From an uncultured Chlamydiae bacterium (GTDB lineage Bacteria; Chlamydiota; Chlamydiia; Chlamydiales; JAJFMA01), in NCBI GenBank assembly GCA_963713615.1, contig CAVQMM010000001.1:2720001-2784000 (forward strand): 64,000 nt of DNA. Reading direction: 5' to 3'. Numbering within the stretch: the first letter of the stretch is position 1; each line of letters starts with the position of its first letter. The notes beneath the pieces are model-generated. The model saw only the letters and a list, made by a program, of their open reading frames with translations. It was not told the origin of the DNA and made no database searches. Shown in pieces: positions 49,024 through 58,175 of this stretch. Both the position numbers and the translations under genes were made by a program.

Positions 49024-50402
49024 TTATCCATTGGCGACAAGCTTATAACCCATCTCCCTTGCTTGTTTTTGTATACGGTTGAGGTTTTTTTGCCGCTGCT
49101 CTTTTTCGAACTGCTCTGCTCCAAGTTCGTGATACTCTTTTTGATATTTCAGCATATGATAAATGATTCTGGCTAGTTTGTGAGCCGTTGCTGTAATGGC
49201 TTTTGGTGCTCCAAGTTTAGCCCTCATACGACGGTAATAGGCTCCTAGATAACTATCCGAAAAGGTAAGCGAATAAGCTGCCATACGTAATGCTTCCTTA
49301 ACCCGATTTTTACTTGCCTTTGTCCTTCCACTGAGTACCTTTCCGCCAGATACCTTATTACCAGGACAAATCGCCATCCACGAGCTAAAGTGTTTTTTGG
49401 TTTGCCATTTACTCATGTCAGTACCTATCTCTGACAATACCTTGGCAACAGTGTTTTCATTGAGACCTGGGACTTGACAAAGATCAACTCCCGCCCAAGA
49501 ATGCAGCTGTTTTTGCATATCAAAGGAAAAAGGGCTTCGATTGTATGATCTTTTTATGCTCTTTTTTAATTTTGGCTTTTTTTCATCAGGCTTTATTCTA
49601 TCCACCTTTTCAAAACTATTAATTACTTGCTTAATCTTTTCCTCACATCTGATTGCTTGCTCATGAAAGAACTTATAAGCTTCCCAGGCCTGTCCTAAAG
49701 CAAATAAATGTTCCTCGCGCCAGTTTCCTTCCAGAGCTTTAGCAATCTTTTCTTCACTTGATTTGCACCTTTCATCCCTTAGACGTGCCAACTGTGCAGG
49801 GTTGCGTTCTCCACCAAGAATTGCTTCGATTATAAGAGACCCTGTAAGACCAGAAATATCGCTCACAACCTGAGCGAGTTTAATATTGAGTTGTTGCAGC
49901 GCCTTGTGGGCATAGTTGAGTTGGTCCGCCGCTCGTTCAAAAAGAGCCTTTCGGTGACGCATATATGCCCTCAGCCTGACAACGTGATCCGCTGGCCTGA
50001 AAGATCCATTCAAAAGTCCGAAGGCATGCAAACGTTGAATCCACTTGGAGTCACAGACATCTGTTTTTCGGCCTGTTACATTTTTCATGTGATGCGCATT
50101 GACAAGATGAACACTAAAGCCTTCTTGTTCGAGCACCTCGAAGACGGGAATCCAATAGACGCCTGTAGACTCCATGGCAACAGTGTCTACACCGCATTTT
50201 TTTAACCAATGCGCCATCTGATGTAAGTCAGCGGTGAAGGCGACAAATTCGCGAACCTGCTCTGGGTCTCGACCGGCAGGAACACAGACAAACACACCTT
50301 CTGCTCCTACATCAATACCGCAAGCATTTGGATTGATGATTCTTAATCCTTCAGTATCGTTTTCTTTTGCTTTGGGGGCTTTTTTTGTGTAGACTTAGGC
50401 AT
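49024..50402 (-). CDS. IS110 transposase/recombinase, full length only with a -1 shift near 50380
   Basis: GIDVG, MESTGVYW, RKTDVCD (DEDD) and PGNKVSGGK (Ser motif); the ATG at 50402 is out of frame and joined through CAA AAA AAG. Confidence 0.88.
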
Positions 50403-50616
50403 GACGAAACCTTAATTTAAGACGTTTGGGTATTCCCCTGGCAGCTCTCAAAGGTCTGCCAGGGGACGTCATTTTGCCAAATCAGTCCCTTCGATGTAAG
50501 TTATTTGTAGATATAGCTCGCCATCCTACACCACTCCGATCCCCAACGGGCGCAGCGAGTGGGGTACTCTGTGGTAAAATCCTAATCCTTACTCCTCTCC
50601 TACCCCTCTTCCTCTC

Positions 50617-51573
50617 CTAACTCTCCGCTCTGAATTCGGTGATCCACTCTTTGGATCGAGCGTGCGTACCAGCGACAATCTGGGCAAACTTCTCACGCAG
50701 CAGACAACAGACAGGACCTGGACCTAGCAGCTTATCGCCGCATACATCTTGAATCTTGCCGATGCGTCGTCCATCAACAGAGGCCACAAAAGAAACTTGC
50801 ACTGCGGTACCGACCATCATGAGTTCCTGGCAGGTATAGAGGGTTGAGCGATCGATGGGTTCATGGGCGATCTCGTAACCGTCATCCTTAAGCAATTGTA
50901 AGACTGAGCGCAGGGTTATCCCTTCGAGCAACGCCTCTCCTAGGGGTGGTGTAACAATTCTATCACGGTAGACCATGACGATATTGGAGACACTACCTTC
51001 CACAATATGGCCATTATGGTCTTGCATTAGGGCATCGTCATATCCGGCTCTTAAGGCATCCGTGGTAGCCATGGAAGAGTTGACATAACAACCGCCCGCT
51101 TTTGCTTTCGTGGACATGGCATTATCGGAAAATTTATGCCAGCTGGAAATGCCGAGATTAAGACCTTTAGCGGGGTCAAAATAGCTACCCATTTCAACCA
51201 TATAGATCGCCAATTCGAAGGAAAGTCCGGGCATCCGTGGAGCCAATCGTTCTGTAGACGAAAAAATAAAAGGACGAAAATAAACATCACCCTGACATTT
51301 ATTCATCGCAATCATTTTTGCAATAATTCCATGAAACTCTTCATAGGGAAGGTAGAAGCCCATGCCTAAAATCCGCGAGGCATTCATCAGGCGTTCATAG
51401 TGATCCGCTAGGCGAAACACGCGCATGACGCCATCGCGAAAATAGCCTCTGATACCGCCAAAACAGGTCATTCCATACTGGAGACTGTGTGAAGCGATAC
51501 TAATTTTAGCTTGGTCTGCAGGAACAACATTGCCCTGAAAATAGACGAATGGAAGTGTACCTTTCATAAACAT
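50617..51573 (-). CDS. ilvE: Branched-chain amino acid aminotransferase (class IV)
   Basis: HSLQYG, FRLADH, KAKAGGCYVNS, EGSVSN, LEGIT, GTA. Confidence 0.85.
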   Translation of the reverse strand: MFMKGTLPFVYFQGNVVPADQAKISIASHSLQYGMTCFGGIRGYFRDGVMRVFRLADHYERLMNASRILGMGFYLPYEEFHGIIAKMIAMNKCQGDVYFRPFIFSSTERLAPRMPGLSFELAIYMVEMGSYFDPAKGLNLGISSWHKFSDNAMSTKAKAGGCYVNSSMATTDALRAGYDDALMQDHNGHIVEGSVSNIVMVYRDRIVTPPLGEALLEGITLRSVLQLLKDDGYEIAHEPIDRSTLYTCQELMMVGTAVQVSFVASVDGRRIGKIQDVCGDKLLGPGPVCCLLREKFAQIVAGTHARSKEWITEFRAES

Positions 51574-51737
51574 AATCCTTGTAACGTGGAGAGGTTATTT
51601 TAGACAAATGATGATTAATTTTGAAGTTTTTACACACCTATATCAGTCAATTTGGTCCATACCCATGTGATTAAGGTATCTTTTATTGCAGAGATATGTT
51701 ATAAATGTGTTTTTAAATCGCAAAAAAGCACGGTAAG

Positions 51738-53363
51738 ATGTCTTTCAAACATTTAAATTTACATCCTGGCATTCTAAAAGCTCTCGAAGAAACCGGATAT
51801 GAGAAACCGACCCTTATTCAGGAACAGGCAATTCCCCAGATTCTGAGTGGGGTAGACCTGCGCGCATCGGCTCAAACTGGGACCGGAAAGACAGCAGCCT
51901 TTATCCTGCCAGCCTTGCACAAGTTGACAACACCATCGGAGCTTAAAGGACGGGGGCCACGAGTCCTGGTACTAGTCCCCACACGCGAATTAGCCCAGCA
52001 GGTCAGTGAAAAGGCCATAGCCTATAGTAAGCACCTTCCACGCATGAGGACAGTATGCATCTACGGCGGTGCACCCTATCCAGTACAAAATCGAGAACTT
52101 TCCCAGCATTACGAGATCCTCGTAGCGACGCCTGGTCGATTAATTGACCACATGGAGCGCGGTAGGATTGACTTTTCGCGACTTGAGCTGCTCATTTTGG
52201 ATGAGGCGGATCGCATGCTAGACATGGGTTTTATTGGTCCTGTAGAACAAATTGCTGAAGCGACTCCTTCAACACGACAGACCCTGCTATTCTCTGCTAC
52301 TCTTAAGGGTAGTGTGATGAGTTTATCACAGCGTCTGATGAATCATCCTATTGAGATTTGTGTGCATGCCGAACGGACCAAGCACGAAGATATCGAACAA
52401 CGTCTGCTGCATGTTGATAATCTCAACCACAAGATCCGACTGCTTGATCACTTGCTTAAGGACACTGAAATCGACCAAGCCATCGTATTCACTGCTACAA
52501 AACGACATGCTGATGAGCTGGTTAATATTCTACTCGAAAAAGGCCATCAAGCTGCTGCCCTGCATGGCGACATGAATCAACGCCAAAGAACCCGCACGAT
52601 GAGCCGCATGCGTGAAGGTAAGTTTTCTGTTTTGGTAGCTACTGACGTAGCTGCTCGAGGGATCGACGTCCAAACGATCAGCCATGTCATTAATTTTGAC
52701 TTACCAGGCAACGCCGAAGATTATGTTCACCGTATTGGCCGGACTGGACGCGCTGGCACAAAAGGAATCGCATGGTCATTTGCTTCAGGAAAAGACTTTG
52801 GTTTACTGCGCGATATTGAACAATTCACGGGGCAAAAGCTGATCGCCCAGGTCATTGAAGGGTTTGAACCCACGACTCGACGTCCTGATAGAGCCCCTCC
52901 TGGCGGAGGCGGAGGCTCGCGTTTTCGTCCTCGGTTCCAGGGTAACGACAGCGGAAGACCACCACAATCCGGACGATCAAATGGCTTTCAGGGAAGACCT
53001 AGATCGAGCCCTCAAGATGAGCCTAGACGGCCCAGTGGTGGCTACCAAGCAAGACCCATCCGATCAGCGGATTCCTATGAGGAACCTCGCCGCTCCACAG
53101 GTTTTCAGGCTAAACCAAGCCGGGCTGCGGCCTACGATGAGCCAAGACGTCCTTCTGGAGGCTACCAAGGAAGGCCTAGCCGTTCCACAGATTCGCAAGA
53201 TGAGCCAAAACGAGCTAGTGGCAACTTTACTAAGGCAAGGCCAAGCCGTACAGTAAGTTCTGGTGAGGAACCAAGGCGCACACCTGGTTTTCAAATAAAG
53301 CCAAAACGCAGAGCTCCTAGCGGCGGCGCTCCAGTAAGAGCCAAGCCCAGATCGCGGGTGTAA
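51738..53363 (+). CDS. DEAD-box RNA helicase (RhlE-like) with a repetitive basic tail
   Basis: AQTGTGKT, PTRELA, DEAD, SAT, HRIGRTGR. Confidence 0.95.
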   Translation: MSFKHLNLHPGILKALEETGYEKPTLIQEQAIPQILSGVDLRASAQTGTGKTAAFILPALHKLTTPSELKGRGPRVLVLVPTRELAQQVSEKAIAYSKHLPRMRTVCIYGGAPYPVQNRELSQHYEILVATPGRLIDHMERGRIDFSRLELLILDEADRMLDMGFIGPVEQIAEATPSTRQTLLFSATLKGSVMSLSQRLMNHPIEICVHAERTKHEDIEQRLLHVDNLNHKIRLLDHLLKDTEIDQAIVFTATKRHADELVNILLEKGHQAAALHGDMNQRQRTRTMSRMREGKFSVLVATDVAARGIDVQTISHVINFDLPGNAEDYVHRIGRTGRAGTKGIAWSFASGKDFGLLRDIEQFTGQKLIAQVIEGFEPTTRRPDRAPPGGGGGSRFRPRFQGNDSGRPPQSGRSNGFQGRPRSSPQDEPRRPSGGYQARPIRSADSYEEPRRSTGFQAKPSRAAAYDEPRRPSGGYQGRPSRSTDSQDEPKRASGNFTKARPSRTVSSGEEPRRTPGFQIKPKRRAPSGGAPVRAKPRSRV

Positions 53364-53451
53364 GTCCGGCGGAGTCGCTCGCGACCGCACCGAATTTCCT
53401 ATGTGGCGCAGTCATTCCATGCATAGTGTTGCACACATCTTTTTCTTGACT

Positions 53452-53525
53452 CACAATGGTATCTCGGCGCGCTGCGCTTTGGGTTCCTTGCGACGGTAAT
53501 GCTAAACGGCGTTGTACGGATTCGG
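53452..53525 (+). repeat. Internally deleted REP-like arm (the same repeat carried inside MITE B)
   Basis: ACAATGGTATCTCGGCGCGCTGCGCTTTGGGTTCCTTGCGACGGTAATGCTAAACGGCGTTGTACGGATTCG matches the MITE B interior without the central hairpin. Confidence 0.7.
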
Positions 53526-53605
53526 CACCAAACACACTGTAACGCCAAGAAGAGTCAATGCCTCATTAGTTAATTCCTAGCTTTAAATAGCTCTACAATA
53601 CTCAT

Positions 53606-53641
53606 TAGCCACGTGCTCACGGCGTCGTGGCTATTTTTTTT
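53606..53641 (+). terminator. Intrinsic terminator-like hairpin
   Basis: TAGCCACG-12 nt-CGTGGCTA followed by T8. Confidence 0.6.
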
Positions 53642-53705
53642 CTCTGATGTTAAGCTGTGTCTATCATAATCGGTCATAAATTGACAAAGATCTCTTTAGG
53701 AACTC

Positions 53706-55451
53706 ATGAAAAGCCTTATTAGCCTATTATTTGACAAATTTTCGCAAGCCATTCAGGCGGCGTATCCCGAACTTGAGCAAATTTGTGTTGAAGTAACGCC
53801 AAGTACGCAGGAAGATTTTGGGCATTATCAATGCAATACAGCCATGAAGCTTGCTAAATCGCTACGTCAGAACCCGCGGCAAGTAGCCGAAAGGATCGTT
53901 GCAAATCTTAATGCCACTAACTTACCCGTTCTGTCTAAAGTTGATGTGGCAGGACCTGGCTTCATTAACGTCACTATTGACACAGCCTACCTAAACCAGG
54001 GGGTTAATATACTAAGCAATGATCCACGCCTAGGGATTGAAAAGCCCAGCCATCCTCAGAAAATTATCGTTGAATTTTCATCTCCCAATACAGCTAAAGA
54101 ACTTCATGTGGGGCATCTGCGCTCCACAATCATTGGAGACTGCCTTGCAAGGCTATTCGAATTCCTGGGTCATGATGTTCTTCGTCTCAATCATATTGGA
54201 GACTGGGGAACAGCCTTCGGGATGCTCATTGCTTACATGAAAGAGGAAGTCCCTGCAGTCTTGACAGGGCAACAGCGCACAGACCTCACACATCTTGTGG
54301 AATGGTACAAGGCATCCAAGCACCGTTTTGACAGCGATGAAGCCTTTAAACAACGTGCACGCCAGGAAGTTGTCAAATTGCAAGGGGGTGACTCAGGCAG
54401 CCTTCACGCTTGGCAGATTATCTGTGGCATCTCCCGTCAGGCCTATCAGGAAATTTATGACCTTCTAGATGTTGCTCTGCAGGAAAGGGGAGAATCTTTC
54501 TATAATCCCATGTTAGCAAGTGTTGTGACAGACTTAGAAGCTAAGGGACTTATCGAAGTCTCTGACGGAGCCAAATGCATCTTTTTAGAAGGCTTTCAAA
54601 ATCGCGAAGGGGAACGTCTGCCCCTCATGGTCCAGAAGAGCGATGGTGGTTACAATTATGACACCACTGATATGGCAGCTATACGCCAGCGCTGCGAGGT
54701 CGAGAAGGCTGACAGAATCATTTATGTCACCGATGCGGGTCAGGCACAACACTTCGCTATGATTTTCAAGGCTGCAGAAAAGGCGGGATATTATAATCCA
54801 GCCAAGCAACATATCGATCATGTAACCTTTGGCCTAGTCTTAGGATCTGATGGCAAAAAGTTCAAAACGCGTTCGGGTGACACCGAAAGACTCATTGATC
54901 TTCTCACCGCTGCGGTCGATAAAGCCGAGGAAATTCTCAAAGAGCGCAACCCTGAGATGGATCCTTCGGAACGCCATGCTCTCGCCAAGGCGCTGGGGAT
55001 TGGTGCTGTTAAATATGCGGATCTATCAACACATCGTCAAGGTGACTACACCTTTAGCTACGACCGCATGCTCCGTTTTGAAGGCAACACCGCGGCATTC
55101 TTGATGTATGCTTATGTACGTGTCAATGGCATCAAACGCAAAGTTGGCATCGATATTGATGATCTCTACGGCAAAGCTCAAATCGAATTAAAACATCCTT
55201 CTGAAATCAGCCTCGGCCTGCACCTCATGCGCTTCCAAGAAATCCTCGATTGGATGGGTAAAGAGCTTCTGCCTAACCGTTTGACGGAGTACCTGTTTGT
55301 GCTTGCTGAAAAGTTTAATGCATTTTTCCGAGACTGCCGTGTCGAAGGTAGCCCGGAAGTGCATTCGCGCCTTCTTCTCTGCGAACTAGTCGCCCACACC
55401 ATCAAGCAAGGCCTTAGCATTCTCGGCATTCAAACAGTCGAACGCATGTAA
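53706..55451 (+). CDS. argS: Arginine--tRNA ligase
   Basis: FGHYQCN, VEFSSPNTAKELHVGHLRS, NHIGDWG, KFKTRSG, GNTAAFLMYAYVR, C-terminal ERM. Confidence 0.97.
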   Translation: MKSLISLLFDKFSQAIQAAYPELEQICVEVTPSTQEDFGHYQCNTAMKLAKSLRQNPRQVAERIVANLNATNLPVLSKVDVAGPGFINVTIDTAYLNQGVNILSNDPRLGIEKPSHPQKIIVEFSSPNTAKELHVGHLRSTIIGDCLARLFEFLGHDVLRLNHIGDWGTAFGMLIAYMKEEVPAVLTGQQRTDLTHLVEWYKASKHRFDSDEAFKQRARQEVVKLQGGDSGSLHAWQIICGISRQAYQEIYDLLDVALQERGESFYNPMLASVVTDLEAKGLIEVSDGAKCIFLEGFQNREGERLPLMVQKSDGGYNYDTTDMAAIRQRCEVEKADRIIYVTDAGQAQHFAMIFKAAEKAGYYNPAKQHIDHVTFGLVLGSDGKKFKTRSGDTERLIDLLTAAVDKAEEILKERNPEMDPSERHALAKALGIGAVKYADLSTHRQGDYTFSYDRMLRFEGNTAAFLMYAYVRVNGIKRKVGIDIDDLYGKAQIELKHPSEISLGLHLMRFQEILDWMGKELLPNRLTEYLFVLAEKFNAFFRDCRVEGSPEVHSRLLLCELVAHTIKQGLSILGIQTVERM

Positions 55452-55561
55452 AGGATGCCTTTCGTCGTTCAAAGGAATTTGGGAACATTTCTCCAGAAAT
55501 TGTGAAAAATGCTATCGCAAATTGCATTTTACATTGTAAAATGCAATCGAGGTTGGCAAAT

Positions 55562-56722
55562 ATGCATTATGTTACCCGAAAAATTTCAGCTCCAAGAAGC
55601 AGCTATTTCCTGCTTGGCCCACGTGGGACGGGGAAGTCTACTTGGCTGATTCATAATTACCCTGAAGCAACGCGCATCGATCTTCTATTAGGCGATGAAG
55701 AGCGACGATTAAGTGCCTTTCCTGAGCGCATTCGGGATATTGTGCACAATATGCCCGAGGGATCGACTCTGATTTTGGATAAAATCCAGCGCGTCCCGCA
55801 TCTATTACCGGAAATTCACGCCTTGATTGAAGACCAACGTGACATCCAGTATATTATGACTGGCAGCAGCACCCGAAAACTGCGTCGGTCGGTCAGTGAT
55901 CTTCTGGGTGGTAGAGCGCTAATGCGTCAAATGGGTCCTTTTCTGGCTTCTGAGCTGGGAAATGAGTTTTCTCTTGATAAAGCGCTAAAGATTGGACTGA
56001 TCCCTTTGATTTGGCAATCGACAAATCCTGAGGAACGCCTGAATCATTATCTCAGTCTCTATTTGAAAGAGGAAATTCGGGCAGAGGGACTCGTTCGCCA
56101 GATAGGCGATTTTGCACGGTTCTTGGAGGTCGCGAGCTTTTCCTATGCATCGGTATGGACGACTACAGATATCAGTCGAGAAGCTAGTGTGAAGCGGGCA
56201 ACAGTCGATAACTACTTTCAAATCCTTGAGGACCTCTTCTTAGCCTTTTCCATCCCAGTGTTTACACGCAGAGCCAAGCGACGTCTCGTTGCGCATCCCA
56301 AATTCTACTTCTTCGATGTGGGAGTATTCCGAGCGTTGCGCCCCAGAGGAATTCTGGATAGCGATCGCGAAATAGAGGGAGTTGCTTTAGAGGGTTTAGT
56401 CGCACAACATTTACGCGCTTGGGTATTGGGGCAGCCTGAGCCCCATTCACTCTCTTTTTGGCGCACCCAGACTAAATTGGAAGTCGACTTTGTTATTTAC
56501 GGCCCCCGTGGTTTTTGGGCTATCGAAGTCAAACGTTCGCCTAATTTGGGCCCTGATGATGTAAGAGGTCTTTCGGCCTTTAAAGAAGAATACCCGGAAG
56601 CTCAATGCTTCTTTGTCACAAGAGGAAAAAGAGCAGAAAGTTATCGCGGATTCCCTATCGTTCCTATTGAAGATTTTCTGTTGAGTATCACTCCTGAGGC
56701 GCCACTTCAGCTGCCAGAATAA
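55562..56722 (+). CDS. AAA_14 ATPase with DUF4143 and a PD-(D/E)xK-like C-terminus
   Basis: GPRGTGKST, TGSS, LLGGRA, PKFYFFDVG, EVDFV...AIEVK; start at MHYVTR. Confidence 0.85.
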   Translation: MHYVTRKISAPRSSYFLLGPRGTGKSTWLIHNYPEATRIDLLLGDEERRLSAFPERIRDIVHNMPEGSTLILDKIQRVPHLLPEIHALIEDQRDIQYIMTGSSTRKLRRSVSDLLGGRALMRQMGPFLASELGNEFSLDKALKIGLIPLIWQSTNPEERLNHYLSLYLKEEIRAEGLVRQIGDFARFLEVASFSYASVWTTTDISREASVKRATVDNYFQILEDLFLAFSIPVFTRRAKRRLVAHPKFYFFDVGVFRALRPRGILDSDREIEGVALEGLVAQHLRAWVLGQPEPHSLSFWRTQTKLEVDFVIYGPRGFWAIEVKRSPNLGPDDVRGLSAFKEEYPEAQCFFVTRGKRAESYRGFPIVPIEDFLLSITPEAPLQLPE

Positions 56723-56851
56723 ATATGGTTCTTGGGAAGAATTGGGGGCGGAACGCATCACTTTAGAAGTTAATGGATTAAAAAGTTTAACGCAGAGGCG
56801 CTGAGACGCGGTGACGCATAGACAGTAGCTTCGGTTAAACGCAACGATCTA

Positions 56852-57361
56852 TTATGGAGCATAGAATTTGCGAACTAGAGTTGGCAGATCGGTTTTTGAA
56901 GATTCACCTGCCTCTATTTTCGTAATCAACTCTATAGGTGCAAGCCACAAACCTTCAGTAAAATCATCACGATTAAATTGAGGAGTTGTATTGGCGGATA
57001 TCTCATAAACCTTCATAAAGGCTGACACACCATCTTGCGGTGTCAAATACCCAAGCAATTTCCAGAGAATCTCATCAGCCTTAAGATTCAACTCTTCCGC
57101 TAGTTCTCTTTTGAATGCTTGTTCATAGGTTTCACCGCTCTCAACATGGCCGCCCATGCTCATGTCCAAGCATCCTGGAAATAGCCGTTTATTGAATGAC
57201 CGTCTGGGAATCCAGAGTTGCGCCTGCGAATTTACTAGGAAGGCATTAACGACACGAAAATTAGTAAGTCTTTCGGCATACACCATCGAACGCAGTTTTT
57301 TGCCGATGATTTCATCCCGATTATTGACCAAGTCGAGATACTCATCCATGATCATAGACAA
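56852..57361 (-). CDS. NUDIX hydrolase (IDI/YfcD-like)
   Basis: GGHVESGETYEQAFKRELAEEL Nudix box. Confidence 0.9.
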   Translation of the reverse strand: MSMIMDEYLDLVNNRDEIIGKKLRSMVYAERLTNFRVVNAFLVNSQAQLWIPRRSFNKRLFPGCLDMSMGGHVESGETYEQAFKRELAEELNLKADEILWKLLGYLTPQDGVSAFMKVYEISANTTPQFNRDDFTEGLWLAPIELITKIEAGESSKTDLPTLVRKFYAP

Positions 57362-57786
57362 GACTCTCTCAATTCTTTAGCAAAAGAAACCAATTCTCCA
57401 TGTGGCGAATCAGCCCTACTTCCTGGCCGATAGAGAAAAACACGTGGTTCATATTCGACTATGCCGGCATCACCTGTTTTTCTTGGAACGATGTGTAAAT
57501 GAAAATGTGCGACCGTTTGCCCTGCAGCACTACCTTCATTCCAGGCAAAATTAAACCCTTCAACTTTCAGCGATTGTTGTAGACCTTTGCACACCGTTAT
57601 TTTCAATGAGAAAATGTCTCTCCACTCTTCATCTAAAAGTTCATGACTAAAAGGAATTGAACGTTTTGGGCAGACGAGGGTATGTCCTGGAACAATTGGC
57701 ATCTTATTAAGAAACGCAAACGCATATTTATTTTCAGCAATCATCCTATCGCCAATATCGAAACTATTAAAATCAAAACCAATCAT
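57352..57786 (-). CDS. HIT family hydrolase
   Basis: PGHTLV, AGQTVAHFHLHIVPR. Confidence 0.92.
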   Translation of the reverse strand: MIGFDFNSFDIGDRMIAENKYAFAFLNKMPIVPGHTLVCPKRSIPFSHELLDEEWRDIFSLKITVCKGLQQSLKVEGFNFAWNEGSAAGQTVAHFHLHIVPRKTGDAGIVEYEPRVFLYRPGSRADSPHGELVSFAKELRESCL

Positions 57787-58175
57787 GGATTATCCTTTAC
57801 TCATACTCAGCAAATACTTAGTGGTATCATACAGTTTTCATGAATTCCTATTCACGACTTTTCAGCCCTTCACATGGTAGCCACCACCAACTTCCCTCAC
57901 CCTATTCTGACGTGATTTTTGAGTTGCTCTTGGCAGCGGAATAGAGTACGCTCTAACTTGACAATAAAAAATTTTATGCTCTGTCGCATTAGATGACATC
58001 TTCATGGAACTCCCCCTAAAACCTATGAGCTTAACGAAAGGGTGGTATTTGTCTTCCTCGATGTTAATGAGGATGATGCTCTTGATAGGATTTGGATTGG
58101 GTTAGCCCTTCCATCCACTTTCATTTCTGTAACAAGAACTTTTCCACCAACCTTAAAACAAGGATATCAAGTAAA

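Larger units (their letters stand above)
48637..50566 (-). mobile_element. IS110-family insertion sequence (1930 bp between duplicated CTC cores)
   Basis: Ends defined by rejoining the interrupted repeat; CTC at 48634-48636 and 50567-50569; no TIRs; encodes a DEDD recombinase. Confidence 0.9.

Noticed and set aside
50416..50426. TTAAGACGTT resembling the unmatched loop strand TTAAAACGTT of the candidate bridge RNA
   Set aside because: AT-rich 9/10 match that is not at an element junction; probably chance
53540..53705. Possible T-box or attenuator upstream of argS
   Set aside because: A terminator-like hairpin is present but I found no T-box consensus; it is more simply the terminator of the helicase transcript
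57960..58110. Possible structured leader or riboswitch before the YVTN gene
   Set aside because: Only a short complementary pair (CATCTTCAT/ATGAGGATG); no recognisable riboswitch consensus
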